A stretch of DNA of 64,000 bases from the human T2T-CHM13v2.0 reference genome, Homo sapiens, in NCBI RefSeq assembly GCF_009914755.1, contig NC_060926.1; one strand, 5' to 3'. Made by a program: the position numbers and the translations under genes. The first letter of the stretch is position 1, and every line of letters starts with the position of its first letter. The notes under the pieces are model-generated. The model ran no database searches. It saw only the letters and a list, made by a program, of their open reading frames with translations, and was not told the origin of the DNA. Below are positions 15,313-28,816 of this stretch, one piece after another.

Positions 15313-17899
15313 TACATTCTTTGTTCTTCTCTGATCAGATTTTAGAAATTTTTGATTTATTCAGAACTATTCTGCACATCAATCTAAGTGCCCTGCAATG
15401 CCATTAAACTTTTTGTAAACAGGTCTCTAAATTTGCTCATATTTTATTCAGAATTGGTTGGGAATCTTTAATCAAGGTAGCAAGTGGAGTGCGCCCTCTG
15501 CCCAAAAATAAACAACAAAAAACCCTGCAGCTTTTGAAGCTCTTAACAAGTTGTAATTATTAAAAAAAAAAAAAGCTTGCAAATAACAGGACATTCACCT
15601 TTGTCCCTGCAAGAGAAAGGAAAGACCTGAATGATGAGAAAAATGTAAATGACGTACAAGTTCTAATAAAAGATTGAAGGAGGAAAGGTGCTATGAATGG
15701 AAGCAAAGATAGGAACTGGGACACTATTTGATGTGAAATATGTACACTTTTCAGTATGAAGAAAATTATTAAGAGTATCTTCTGCCAGTAGAATTTGTTC
15801 TAATCCTACCAAATACTTCAGCAGCCATAGAGAATGTTTTCACAATTTAAAAAATAGGGTCTATAGAAATGTGTCAGTTGAATGTGTCAAATTTCAAAAT
15901 TATAACTTTACAATGAAACTTGGAAGAGGATTAGAGACAATTTATTAAAATTAAAGATAAGACCATATTTTTTAAATTTCAGAAAGATACTATGGCATGG
16001 TTTTGAAGACACAAATGGCTAAGAAATTGTTCAAAGTAGATAAATATAATCCAAAACTAATTATTCAGGTTAGACTAACTTTTATGGTTCAGATATTCAA
16101 TATAAAGAAGGGTCGACATTTGTTCAGATACAGATTTGTTTGAAATTTTTCAAATTTTAAAAAGAATTTTACTTTTGAAAATAGGTTTGAATAGAACTAT
16201 TTTATAGGTCCACCAATATTATAAAATTAATTTGTCATTCAATAAATACATATTTCTAAAAAATATGTAATGTCAATTCTTTTTATACAAATGTCACTCC
16301 CCTCCCGAATTGCCCTTGATCCTCAACTCTTAAAAAGTCCAATATTTGGGTTAAGAAAGTTCTGAGTAAGTATCTGCGATGGCAACTTGTGACAGTGTAG
16401 GATTTTGATGTGCTTACTAGGTGCTACTTACACGTCGTTAAGTGCCCTTAAAAATCACTATTCACATTTAATTAAGAGTAACCTCCTTTAGATTAACTAG
16501 CAAAAAATTTCAAAAAGCTGGCTGAAAACGAGTTGCTCTTTCATGGTCACAAATCAAAAGTAGTTTTAAAAATCTAACTTTAAAGCCATATCATTACCTA
16601 TGTGCTAGCTACCAGCTAACCAGAAAACCATATCACAAGTCACAACACTTGTGTCAGGCCTGTTCAAATTCTGTCACACTGGTCTACAGAAAAGTGACAT
16701 GTTTCAGGGTCTTTGCTACAGAATGCAGTGATAGAATGTCAGAGCGAAATGGTCACAAAGAGTTTTAGATAATGATATGCTTATTTTCTGGCACAAACAC
16801 AAGGGATTTTGATATTTCCTCATTGTTCAAGGTGAATCTGACTAGTCCCCAGCAGGTAAACATGTTACAAAGTCTTTCCCATAAATGGTGAGTCATGTAC
16901 AGCAAAAGAAAACTTCCCTACTGCATTGTTCTATTAATCATTTGCATCTTTATTGGAGATTTAACCATTAATGCTTCAAGGTTAATACCTTTTAAAAAAT
17001 ACCGCAGATGAGGATGCTGAGGTCAATTTAATGTGGCAATGCATAAGTTATGTCTGTCTTTGGATCCTAAGACATATTTCCTAGTTATAAAACATACATA
17101 TTCCAAAGGTGTTTTATATTCTATAATCCCAAATATATTGCAACTAAAGAGGGCCATTTAAAGATCAAAATCCAGTAGCAATTCCTTCATGCAACCCTCA
17201 AGACTTGACCTTCTAGGTACAATCTCAACAGTTGTGAGCATTGTAATTACTGTTTTCATACAGTTGTGATCCTTTTCATTGGAGAAAACATTTCTACATC
17301 TATCACTTCCTTGGATTTTTTAAGTCACCTGTGAGTAGGACAGACCAATGTTATAATTCTCCTTATATATATATAGACAAATAAATAAAATGAGCTACAT
17401 TTTCCAAGTTTTACTCCTGAAAACAACTGAATGGAAAAGTCAAGATAAACACTTCTCTTCTCTACCCAAGTCTGATGTGATTGTGAAAAGTTACTAGAAT
17501 AATGCTGGGACATTAAATATCTAATTATCCCTGTTACATACTTTCCTTGTGCCAGACACTAGGATCAATATTTTATATGAATTTCCTTATTTTAATCTAA
17601 CTAGCAACTCTATGCATAGATATTATTTTCATTTTTGCATATGAAGAAACTGATTCATTGACTAGGCAAAAATCATAGGCTAAAAAGTTATAAAGTCATT
17701 ATTTTAGTTCTGGGCAGTGGACTGCAAAACAGTGCTTTTATTTGCTGTGCCATATTGCATGGCATAATCTATAAATATTACCTCAACTTTAAGAGAGAAT
17801 TTTGAGATATTTATGAAGCTTAACATTTGAGCCCAAAGTTTATCTGGATAGTTAAATGTCTAAAAATTATTGAAAAAGATCTAAAATAAAAGGAAGACA

Positions 17900-18150
17900 A
17901 ATGTATACACAGTTATAGATACTGTGTGAGCTGCAAGGCAACTGAAAGGCAACTGAAGATTCCAAAAAATTACCCACTTATTATGACTACTTTGTATATG
18001 ATGAAGTTGATATTTCAAAATGTCAGGGAGGGAATATTCACAAAATAAGGCAGAGATATTAAGTAGCCAATTTGGAAAAAAAATCAGGATGGAGCCATAC
18101 TTCACACCACACAAAATTTTACATTTGAAATTCTGGATGCAATATGGGCA
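17900..18150 (+). mobile_element. Ancient L1 ORF2 fragment (L1M-type)
   Basis: AGCCAATTTGGAAAAAAAATCAGGATGGAGCCATACTTCACACCACACAAAA resembles the L1 ORF2 W-K-K...D-P-Y-L-T-P-Y-T-K region. Confidence 0.55.
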
Positions 18151-19639
18151 TAAATTATTTATTTAATACATATTTGTGATACACCACTATTACCTAATGC
18201 TACATAAGATGGCACTGACCCATTTCCAAAATGATTCTTAGGTCCAGTTGGTCATTTCAATAAAATATATTCTCCTGAATTACAATTATTTTTTATTCAG
18301 CAAACACTTACAAAGCACTTTCTCTGGGTCATGCACTAGGATTGCAAAGCTAAAAGGCATAGTCTCTGTCCGTTAATTCTGTCTGGTCTACAAAGAGTTT
18401 TGAATACTCATTGATAGCTAAGAAGTTTGCTATAATGCAAACTTAAGGAAGAAGAGGAGGATCAGGAGAAGGAGAAGGGGGAGAAAAAGGAGAAGGGGAA
18501 GGAAGGAAGGAAGGAAGGAGGGAAGTGGACTACTAATTAGTCTCTGCATTTAAAAAAAGTACACTGTGGTTGGAAAGATATACAGGTAAATTATTTCAAT
18601 ATAACATGAGAGGTCCCCCCAAAGATGTTACGTGTGACTGTTAAGTATGCACAGAGAAAGGTTGTTTAGCTGAAAGTGGGCGTCCAGGAAGACTTCCTCA
18701 AGGTCATGATGCTAGAGCAGGATTCTAAAAGCTCACAAAAGTCAATTAGTGGAAAAAAGAATTGGCACATACTGGATGAATACATATTGAATTGATTGAA
18801 TAAATAATGAATGATTGAATGGATGAATAAGTAAATGGATGGAGGAATTCAAAATGTCTAACGAAGTTTCTGGACTCTAGGCTTTTAATGACCTGCTGGA
18901 GAGAAGAGTCAGAAACATAAGAACTCAATTATTTCCCCAGAAGAAATCTGAAAATAGGTTTTTAGTTGGCATGCTTTCAGCTGCACGTAACAGAATACAT
19001 GTCTACATGTGGCCTAAACAATCAGTGTTTGTAAATGAGTCTCTAAACACAAAAATTCTCGAGATAGGAATCTGGTATTTCGCACCTCAATTACACTAGA
19101 TCTCTGGGCAACATCTCTTCAGTTCTCCTGGCTTCCCTTTGTGGTCTCAAGATGCTGCCAAAGCCTTAGGCATCATAGCCTCCATGATAATATACAGAGC
19201 AGGAATGGGCTTCTCCCCACGAACCCCTCACTTCTACTGGAGAGGAAAATCTTACCCCAACGTTTCCCAGATAGAATTTCCCTAAGTTCCATTGGCCAGG
19301 ATTGTATCATATTGCCTTGCTTATTTGCATGGAAGGCTGGAAACATAAGTATCTGGCATTTCAGCTTCTATAGAGAGAATTGGCTTTGACCATTCGTAGA
19401 TGGGAGAATGGCTGCAGCTTATACAAACAGCACTGCCTGTCATATGAGCTAGGTGAATACTGAAGAGAAGAATTAGTGACACATACATACGGTGCTCCTC
19501 CACATGCTAAGGCAACACAGGTGAACATCAGTTCCTACACATGAAACATAATGATAGTTTGGATGTGTTCTGTAACTTTCACCATTTCTTGTGCTTCTGT
19601 CATGCAGAGAATCCCCTCTAGCAAAAGAAGTGACTGTTT

Positions 19640-19765
19640 TTACACCTTACATCAATTCTGAGAAAATCAATGACCCCTTTGTCTTACCCCTTATATAAAC
19701 TCCAAGAAAATCAGTGACCCCTTGGTCTTACACCTTATGTCAACTCCAAGAAAATCAGTGACCCC
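19640..19765. repeat. 44-bp minisatellite, ~2.9 copies
   Basis: Units start at 19640, 19684 and 19728; approximate consensus TTACACCTTATATCAACTCCAAGAAAATCAGTGACCCCTTGGTC. Confidence 0.9.
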
Positions 19766-22700
19766 ACAAGAAAGATGGAACAAAGTGATGGACATCTATG
19801 ACATGCCAGGCTCTTTACTAGGAATGTGACACATATCATCTCATTCAGCCCTCACATGGATCCTGAGGCAGGGATTAAAAGGAAACTGAGGTTCACAGGT
19901 TCAAGTACTTGTCTCAAGTCAGAATACTGAGAGATCCTATAGCTAGGTGTGCATTCCTGGCCTGCCTGACTGTAAATAGCATCCCTCTGTTAGTACATCC
20001 ACATGTCAGAGGTGATTTCATGTATGTCTGAATATGCTGAACATTCTACTTTTGTGAGCACTCCTGCTTGTATAATTTCTGAACAGTAACAATAGGTAGA
20101 AAATGTCTCTTTTAAGTCCCTCCTTGCTTATTTATTACTTCACATTTTAGACCCCATTTTCATAGTCCAAGAAATTTACACATTGTGCAATGACAACTAT
20201 AAATCACATTCAAAATGACTCCTAGAACTAAAATGCCAAGTATTTGTCTGAGGTTTACAGAAGTTTTCATTTGAAAGATTTACATAGTTTGTTTTGAATC
20301 TTACACATTATTTGTTCAACAGATTTTCACTTCACATGTACCATGCATCATGCTCTATACACATGCAGATGTTTATAAACGTTTATTTGTGACCAGCCTC
20401 TAATTCAATAAATATTCCCTGATTATTTACCATAGCACCAACATCATGCTAGATTTTGATGGGTTAAAGAAGTAAGCAAAACCTTGTCCTTACACTCAGA
20501 AACTCTGTTAGTTGAGAGTCATTCTTCAGCTATTCCAGAGAAAATATTTATTGTGCTTTTTTCCCTAACTCAGAAATGAAATTTATAAAAGCATAAAACG
20601 TGTGCTGGTTTTTCTGTTTTCACCCACTCTAGATCCCACTCTCTACCCTTCTTCTTTGCTCTTCTCTGTGCCACATGAGGCCAACTCCTGTGGACAGCTT
20701 TCTTCCCTTCCTGAATGGCGTCCAGTTGGACTCATCCAAAGAGCAGCACTAGGGAAATACGTTAAGCTTCAGGTCACTTCTTCCTGGCTCCCTTCTTGCT
20801 TAAGACTGTGTTTCTGGCAGGGGCTTCCTCCTCCCAGGAAGATGGCTCCTTCCGGGGTCGGGGGTCGGGTAGAGGATGGCTCTCCACCAGAGATCTGGTT
20901 CTCATTGGGTTCCAGTAACACCATTTTTCCTGGGTGTCTTGACCATGGAGATGGTAATAGCAGAAGCTTTTACTCATCTCTGGGTGCCTTCCTCTTCCTT
21001 GTTTGTTCTCTTAACTAGCACACACATCTGTGGAGTCCCTTTATTAAAATCTCTTCATCGAAACCACCCAGGGCAAATTCTGTTTCTTGCTGGGACTTTG
21101 AGTAATCAGAATATCAGAGCTGATGAAGTTAGAAATTCAATCTCTGTTTCTTATTTTACAGGAATGGAAACTAGGGCTCAGAGGTTTCACTTGCCAGAAG
21201 TCACTCGGTCCCTGGGAAGGATGCAAACCAGCTCACCTGGCTCTCCAGCACATGCACCCCAGACCACCCCCAAGGATGTGACCCATTCCTTCTGTGGAGT
21301 CTGATCTTCCAAACTTTAGACAACAGCTCCTTCTGCAAGCTTTCGAGCCTGCAAGCTAAGGACATGAATGAACTGAGTCATCCCCACAGAGCTTCATTAA
21401 TTTTAAGGCAATTTAAGATTTCTGAGTCATAGGTTTCAGTCATTTAGATTTTCCCAGCTGGTACTGTACTTGCCCACACACACTTTTCTTTAAAGATTGC
21501 ATCTGTCTAGATGTGTGGTTCTGCCCACCCTTCCTCAGTTTCTGAGAAGAAACTCGCCCTCGTGGAGTGCTACATGCAGGGCTAAGCCATTTCCATTTGC
21601 CACGTGCATTAGAGTCTTTGCCTGAGGGATTAATGGGATTAGCAGTCTGCAGCTTGATCTAGACTCTATCCACCAGAGACATGCACAATTCCAAATTCTA
21701 TATCCAACACAATATTTTACCCAGTCTCCCAAGAAAATTCAGTTATGCCATATGGTGACTCCACTCACTGAATAATATTTAGCAACTTGATGAACAAGGA
21801 CTGAATCATATCTTAACCATCTTGGCCAAATATTGTTTTATATAGCAACAGTATTAGTAATATATATGTTTTATTTTTTACACTAGTACTTCCTGCTACG
21901 CCCACTGAAAATTAAGAGCTAGACCTCACTGGAAGTAGACTACACAATAAAAGAGTTCTCGCTCATTAGCAACCTCCAATTCAATATTGCATTGTATGTA
22001 TGATACATTCAGAATGTCTGCTTTTTCCTTCCTCCAGAGCAGCTGCTGGGATTGAGCAATAGTCTCCCAGGGTAACGCAGCAGGGAATCCTGGGGCATTT
22101 CCCAGACACTGAAAACAAAGGATATGTATCCATGGGGAGGATAGGGCTTCAGCTCTCTCCCTCCCACTAAGAAGTTCTCCATATCCTCAGTATGTGGGGG
22201 AGAAAATTAGCAAGCCTCTGAGTGAGGAGCCCCTGTGACCCAGGGATTTTAAGAAAGTCGTTTTCCTCCCTGAGCCTCAATTCAACTGTTCAAGAGGGAT
22301 AATCATGAAAACCCTTTATAAACTGTAATACAATATGCAAATGCTAGGTTGGTCATTTACAATGTGCAGATTCTGTTAAAATTGTACATACATGCAACCA
22401 TGAGGAAGATGCAATCTGTATCTTCAACCATCTTACCAGTGGAAAATAGAAACTTGTGGAGATAACAGAGATAATTTCAACAAAATACAACTTGGCTAAG
22501 ATAGAGTTATGAAAAGTAGAGAGACTCTTAGGTCAACATGAAAGTTCCTGAAGTTGCCAGTACCCAAGAGGAATCTTGAATGATCAGCAAGATTTATAGC
22601 GGCTATAAGAATATTTATTCCCAGCAGCCAGGGGCATAAGCATCAGTTACTAGTGAGTATAATGCATGTCCCAAAGTGGCAGGAAATAAGGCCATATTTA

Positions 22701-24389
22701 TAGCAATTAAGAAATATTAGCTATTATTACTGTAGCATCAGGGCTTTCTGAAAATCAAAAAAAAGGGATTTCTGGGAGAGTCTCATGCTAAGGCTTCAGC
22801 AACTCTTCTCACCCCACCCTGTGGGGCCACTATTGTGCCCATCTTCTGGGAAACTGTTGTAAAATGCTCCCTTGATTTATTACTGAGTATAAAACTAACC
22901 CAATACTTACTGATGTAAAATAACCCACTTCTTTATATCATGGTTTTGTGCAGCAGGAACTGGGGCAGATGGCACAACTGGGGTCACTTAGTGATGTTCT
23001 GTTGGTTGCTGCTGCTGCTGCTGCTAGAAGTATCGAGATGGTTTTATTACCATGCCTGGAGTCTTGTCAGTTGGTTGGAAGCCTGGGCTCTACCAGGCCC
23101 ATCTCCTTCTTCACATATTCTTGGGGCCTTTCCTGCTGATTTCTCCGGCCAGGTAGCTGGTTGGATTTATTTCCTGCCACCTCGAAGCTTCAAGAGACTA
23201 TGGTAGAAGTTTCTAGGTCTCTCCAAGGCAAAGCCTGGGACTGGCCATATGTCATATCTGCCATTTCCTATGGGTCCAAGCAGTCTCAGGTCAGTGCAGA
23301 TTCAAGTGGAAGGAAATAGACTCCACTTTTTAATGGGAGAAGTGTCAAGTATGTATGGCTGTCTTTACTCTGGCACATTTCTCTCTCCACTTATGGTCAC
23401 GCTGTGTGTGTAAGAAAGTCTTGTTGATTCCTGTGATAGGAAACAAAAGAAAAAATCTCCAGTAAAAAAAAATAGTGCAGCATAAAAGAGGCTTCTGTCC
23501 TTCTTCTGTGAGTTCCTATATGACCCACTGTCCTGTGTCCAGCACCTAGCACAGTGCTTGGCATACAGAAGGTGATCAATCCACAGAACTTAGCTGACAG
23601 GATTTTGCTACTATATTGTTATGTGAGTGAATTTCTCACAGTGAACCTTCCAGGAAAGGTGCCAGGGGAATCTTATTGCAAAACTAGCAGTTTATTGGGT
23701 TGACAAAGAGAACATTCAATTAAAAAGATTTTTCAGAACACAATGGAATCATTTTAGTTGTGAAATGTGAGCTTAAAAGTTATCATTTTGAAACATCCAA
23801 CAAGCATTTCAAGACTCCATGGCAAGATGCAGCCCCCTGTACATAGGCACAGATGGAGGGTCCTTGTTGGGCACAAAAAAGCAGAGGCCCCTGTGTAAAT
23901 CCCAGGATTCTCTGCCCCAGTAAAAAGCTCAGGCTCTGTCCCTAGTGCCAGGCATGTAAAAGAATGCTACATATTGATTTATCTAACAAACAGTGATGAC
24001 AACCACCATGTGCCTATCACCATCCTAAGCACTGTGAGTATAGAGGGAAATAAGACAGGCTCTAGGTCTCAAAGGCCTCTTGTCTCCACAGTAGGAAATT
24101 TTCTGCCCATTCTTAGAGTCTAGGGAAATACTTGGATGTTATGAGGTGGTAGACTAAGATGGTGAGGGGCAGAGAGGCAGAGTCAGCCCACTACCCAACC
24201 ACGGAACCACTATGCCAGAGGGAAGAATCTTCACAGTATTAGAGAGATATCAAGTGTCTCAGTGTATATCAGTAGCTTTTAGCTTCTGCCTCCTTCCTGT
24301 TAAACACAATAATCTCTACCCCAAAATTAGCCTAGAAGAGGGTGTGGCTTCTATTTGGTTTATACTCTGTCTCTGGTTCTTCTCACATT

Positions 24390-24755
24390 TGCCCTGGATA
24401 AAGCAAGCTGCCATGTGTGGGCTGACCTATGGAGAGGCCCATGTGGTCAGGAACTGAGAGTGGTTTTCAGCCAACATCCAAGGAGAAAATGAAACCATCA
24501 GTTCAACAACTTTCAAGAATCTGAATCCTGCTAGTAACTATATGAGTGACCTTGGAAGCAGATCCTTCCCCTGTTGAGCCTTCAGATGAGAGCACGGGCC
24601 TGGCCTACACCTTGATTACATGCTTGTGAATGATTCTGAGGCAAAAGACTTAGCTAAGCTATGACTGGATTCCTGACCCAGAGAGATGATGATTTTTTTT
24701 AAGCCACTAAGTTTTGGGGGATAACATGTTATGTAGCAATACATAACTAATACAA
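24390..24755 (+). mobile_element. MaLR LTR (MLT1E/F-like)
   Basis: AAGCAAGCTGCCATGT...GGAGAGGCCCATGTGG...GAGCCTTCAGATGAGA...TTAAGCCACTAAGTTTTGGGG...ATAACTAATACA. Confidence 0.75.
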
Positions 24756-25170
24756 GTGTATAAAAGAAGAATACAATTCAACTAGCTCAGCTTCCAGTCT
24801 ACTGCACTTTCTACCACCCCATGTGATTTCTGGCTCATAAGGATCTTTCATCTAGAAGCCACGGGAGCATCTGGCTAGAGGAGTGAAGTCCTAGGGTTTT
24901 ATTTCAATAACTACATGTTTTCATGGTCTGACTACAGCCTTGTGTTTGTTCTCTGCAGCTTCTGTCTCTACCTCAGACAGACCTAACTGCTGTTTCTTAT
25001 CTCAGCAGACCTGTGTCTTCCTGCCTCCAGGGCTTGGCGCACTATCTTCTCTTAGAAACACTCTTCTATCTTGACCTGCTGATAGTCTACTCAAATTTCA
25101 AGGCCAGTTCAAAAGTGTTCCTTCCTTGTTTTCCTGGCTGGCAAGATTCTTCTTCTTCTCTGAATTTTCC

Positions 25171-25483
25171 ATATATATATATGTATATATATAGAAGAAT
25201 ATATATATATATGTATATATATAGAAGAATATATATATATGTATATATATAGAATATATATATGTATATATATAGAATATATATATGTATATATATAGAA
25301 TATATATGTATATATATAGAATATATATATGTATATATATAGAAGAATATATATATGTATATATATAGAAGAATATATATATATATGGAAGAAGAATATA
25401 TATATATGAATACATATATATTATATGTATTCATATATATACACACACACATATATACACACACACATATACACACACACATA

Positions 25484-25515
<32 letters not shown>
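25171..25515. repeat. Compound (TA)n/GAA higher-order repeat grading into (CA)n
   Basis: Repeated block (TA)n-TG-(TA)5-GAA(GAA), then TA/CA runs. Source of ORFs 25013..25552. Confidence 0.95.
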
Positions 25516-25516
<1 letters not shown>

Positions 25517-25745
25517 GCCCTACTCTGTGCCAAGGGGTATTCTCAAGGATAAAATGGCAAATAACATTCCCTGCCTTCATTTATTTTATATTTGATAATT
25601 AATTGTAGTATCTACTGTTGGCTTTGCAGTAGAATTACTTTATGCAAATATTATGTACCTCAACTCGATTATCAATTCTGAGGGCAATGATACACACAGC
25701 CCCTGTGATGTCTATAGTAACAGAGTCCCAAAGCAGAGTAACTGT

Positions 25746-26120
25746 TTGTTATGGACTGAACTGTGACCCACCACAAATTCTTATCACAAAACCCTAACCC
25801 CCAATATGATTATATTTTCGGAGATAGAGCCCTATAAGGAGGCAAGTAAGGTTAAAATAGATCGTAAGGGTGGTTCCTAATCCAATAGGACTGGTGTCCC
25901 CACAACAGGAGGAAGAAATACCAGGGATGCTCAGGCACTGAGAAAAAGACCCTAAGAGGACCTAGCAAGGAGGCAGCCATCTGTAAGCGAAGAACAGAGG
26001 CCTCAGGAGAAACCAAACCTGCTGAAACCTTGACCTTGGACTTCCGGCCTTAAGAACTGTGAGAAAATACATTTCTCTTTAAGCCCCCAGGCTGTGCCAT
26101 GTTATTACGGCAGCAGAAGC
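25746..26120 (+). mobile_element. MaLR solo LTR (MLT1A/B-like)
   Basis: TGTTATGGACTGAACTGTG...CCTAATCCAATAGGACTGGTGTCC...CCTTGACCTTGGACTTCCGGCCT...AGAACTGTGAGAAAATACATTTC. Confidence 0.85.
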
Positions 26121-26203
26121 AGAATAGTCCTGTCATTGACAAGACTGAGCCAAGTAGTGTAGTCGACTAAGTAGGTCCACAATAGCATGACAAAGCTATA
26201 GGC

Positions 26204-26414
26204 CAGAGGTATCCAATCTTTTGGCTTCCCTAGGCCACACTGGGAAACGAATTGTCTTGGGCCACACATAAAACATACTAAACTAATGATAGCTGATGAG
26301 CTTTTTAAAAAAGGTTTCATAATATTTTAAGGAAGTTTACAAATTTGTGTTGGGTTTCATTCAAAGCCATCCTGGGCCGCATGCAGCCCATGGGCCACGA
26401 GTTGGACAAGTTTG
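26204..26414 (+). mobile_element. MER30 non-autonomous hAT DNA transposon
   Basis: CAGAGGTATCCAATCTTTTGGCTTCCCTAGGCCACA...GTTGGACAAGTTTG. Perfect 8-bp TSD CTATAGGC at 26196-26203 and 26415-26422, the length typical of hAT elements. Confidence 0.9.
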
Positions 26415-27500
26415 CTATAGGCCATGGGCTCAGACACATCTGAATTTCAATTTTGTCTCTACCCAACAAAAGTAACTCGTTCTTGTTGAATCTCAGTTTT
26501 TCTTGTCTATAAAATGGGGTTAATCCTCCCTGTATTTCACCGTTACCAAAAGGAAGATATGAGGTAGTGGTTGCAAAGTGCTTGTCATAAACTTAATGTA
26601 GAAAAATGTATTACCTCCTGGAACCTTCCTTCTTTGCTCCTCCCTAGGGAGTGAGATGGAATCAATAAGATGGCCAGGCCAGATATTTGGAGCCTGTGGC
26701 AAAAGTTAAATCCATCATACTGATTCACTCTATTTATTTAAAATCTTGATGGGTTTTTCATCAGAGTTTTTTGCCTTAATATTTATTTTTTAAAATATTG
26801 TATGAAAATATTTGTCTTGATTACTGATTTTTTTTTAGCTCCCCCTTTCAATTTTTGCACCTGAGACAAGTGCCTGGCTCTCCATACCCTAGTTGGGATC
26901 CTGGATACCTAACTAATCAAGAAAGCCTCCTTTGGCCCGAGCACAAAGCTAACCAGGATTCTTTCATAATATCACAAACTCCAAGAGTCCCTGTACCCCA
27001 GATGCTGGCAGGCTGTGGATGGAACACTTTGGTCTGCAATGCAGAATGATTCTCTCATCATCTGGGGACGTAGGGCTTTTCTTATAGCATCAGGGTAAAA
27101 CTTTTTTCTTTTTTTTTTTTTTGTCTGAGATGACCTAGCAAGGGTCCCTGGTTGGAAGGGAGATGAGCTTCCTACAATGGGATGTTTTCCCAGTCTTATG
27201 TGTGCTTTGTCTGTTTCCCTGAGGAATTTTAGTGAACTTAGAGAAAAGGAACATGTTAGCAGCACGTGGGGCTGGCCTGGAAGAGAGGCTCTGCCAGGCC
27301 CTGATGAATCCCCATTTTCTGGCTGAGAATCCTTGCCATGCCTTCTGTATGTCATACCCGTATGTTGAGGTTTGTGCCTCTCCCATCAGGCTGAGAGCAG
27401 CCAGAAGACACGAGATCATAGCACATCCTTAACTTTCTTGCCTTGCACAGGCTCAGTGAGGAGAAAGAGGCAAGGGGAGAAAGAGAGAGGAGAGGGGAGG

Positions 27501-28071
27501 TGTTAATTAGGATTCTCCAGAATGACAGAACTATTAATAATAGGATATATGTATATATGAAAGGGAGTTTATTAAGGAGAATTGACTCACACTATCACAA
27601 GGTAAAGGAAGTCCCATGATAGATCCTCGGCAAGCTGAGGAGGTAGGAAACCAGTGGTGGCTCAGTCTGAGTCCAAAAGCCTCAGAAGTAGGGAAGCCTT
27701 CAGTCTGTGGCCAAAGGCCCGAGAGCCCCTGGCAAACCACTGGTGCAAGTCCAAGAGTCCAAAGGTTGAAGAACCTGCAGTCTGATGTCCAAGGGCAGGA
27801 AGCATCTAGCACGAGAGAATGATGAAGGACGGAAGACTCAGAAAACCAGCTTATTCCACCTTATTCTGTCTGCTTTGTTTTAGCCACGCGGGGCTGGCAG
27901 CCAATTGGATGGTGCCCACGTACATAGAGTGTGGGTCTTCCTCTCTCAGTCCACTGACTCAAATGTTAATCTCCTCTGGCACCCTCACAGACACACCCCA
28001 AAACAATACTTTTCCAGTTATCTAGGCATCCTTCAAACTAATCAAGTTGGCATCTAGTATTAACCATCACA
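27501..28071 (-). mobile_element. ERVL solo LTR (MLT2A/B-like)
   Basis: TTAGGATTCTCCAGA...GGGAGTTTATTAAGGAG...TCTGATGTCCAAGGGCAGGAAGCATC...CAAGTTGGCATCTAGTATTAACCATCACA. Confidence 0.88.
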
Positions 28072-28816
28072 GGAGGAGAAAGAGAAGTTTAACTAATGTG
28101 TTTATATTAATATTGGCCGTGGTGGTGGTAAGAGCCTACACTCACTGCCAACCAGACAGAAAGTGAGCACTTTACCTGTGGACCATCTAAACCTGACAAT
28201 CACTCTATGAGGTCTGTACTATTATTGTGTCATTTTAAAGAAGCCAAAAGTAAGATTTAAGGATATTATAGAGTTTACCTAAGGCCATACAGCTACTGAA
28301 CTTCAGAGGAAGTACTCAGGCAAATGCTTGGCCTATTTAATGATAGTTGGTTGACTTTTGCATTCAGCTTTTTTCTAGATGTGGTTTCCCCAGGGTCTGT
28401 CAGAGATCACACCTTGGAGTCACTGAGCAGCTGTGCCATTTAGAAAGCTGTTTACTTCCTGGAGTCAAAATCCTGTCTAACTCACATTTGTTAGTAAGCT
28501 CTTTTATTGAATCATGTGAAATTTGAATGATATCAAATTTCATATTGTCCAGAGTATAGAAATTATAGTTTTTAACTGCCTAAATGAAAAAATATGAAAT
28601 CTGTTATTTGTCTACATTTTTGTATTTTATTAACCACAAAAGCAGGTGTAAATATTTGTAATGAGAATGTGGAGATATGGGTGAGCCAGATTGTTTATTC
28701 CATCCATAGTCTACTGAGTAGATTACTTTACATAGAGCTGAGACTCCATGCTACACTTGCTCTACTACAGTCCACCTGAGGATCCAGGACTCACAAATCA
28801 GAAACCACTATCCTAC

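Noticed and set aside
19640-19765. CRISPR-like repeat array
   Set aside because: The units are contiguous with no unique spacers, the context is mammalian, and there are no cas genes.
25013-25552. Tyr/Ile-rich ORFs
   Set aside because: Translations of the (TA)n/(CA)n microsatellite.
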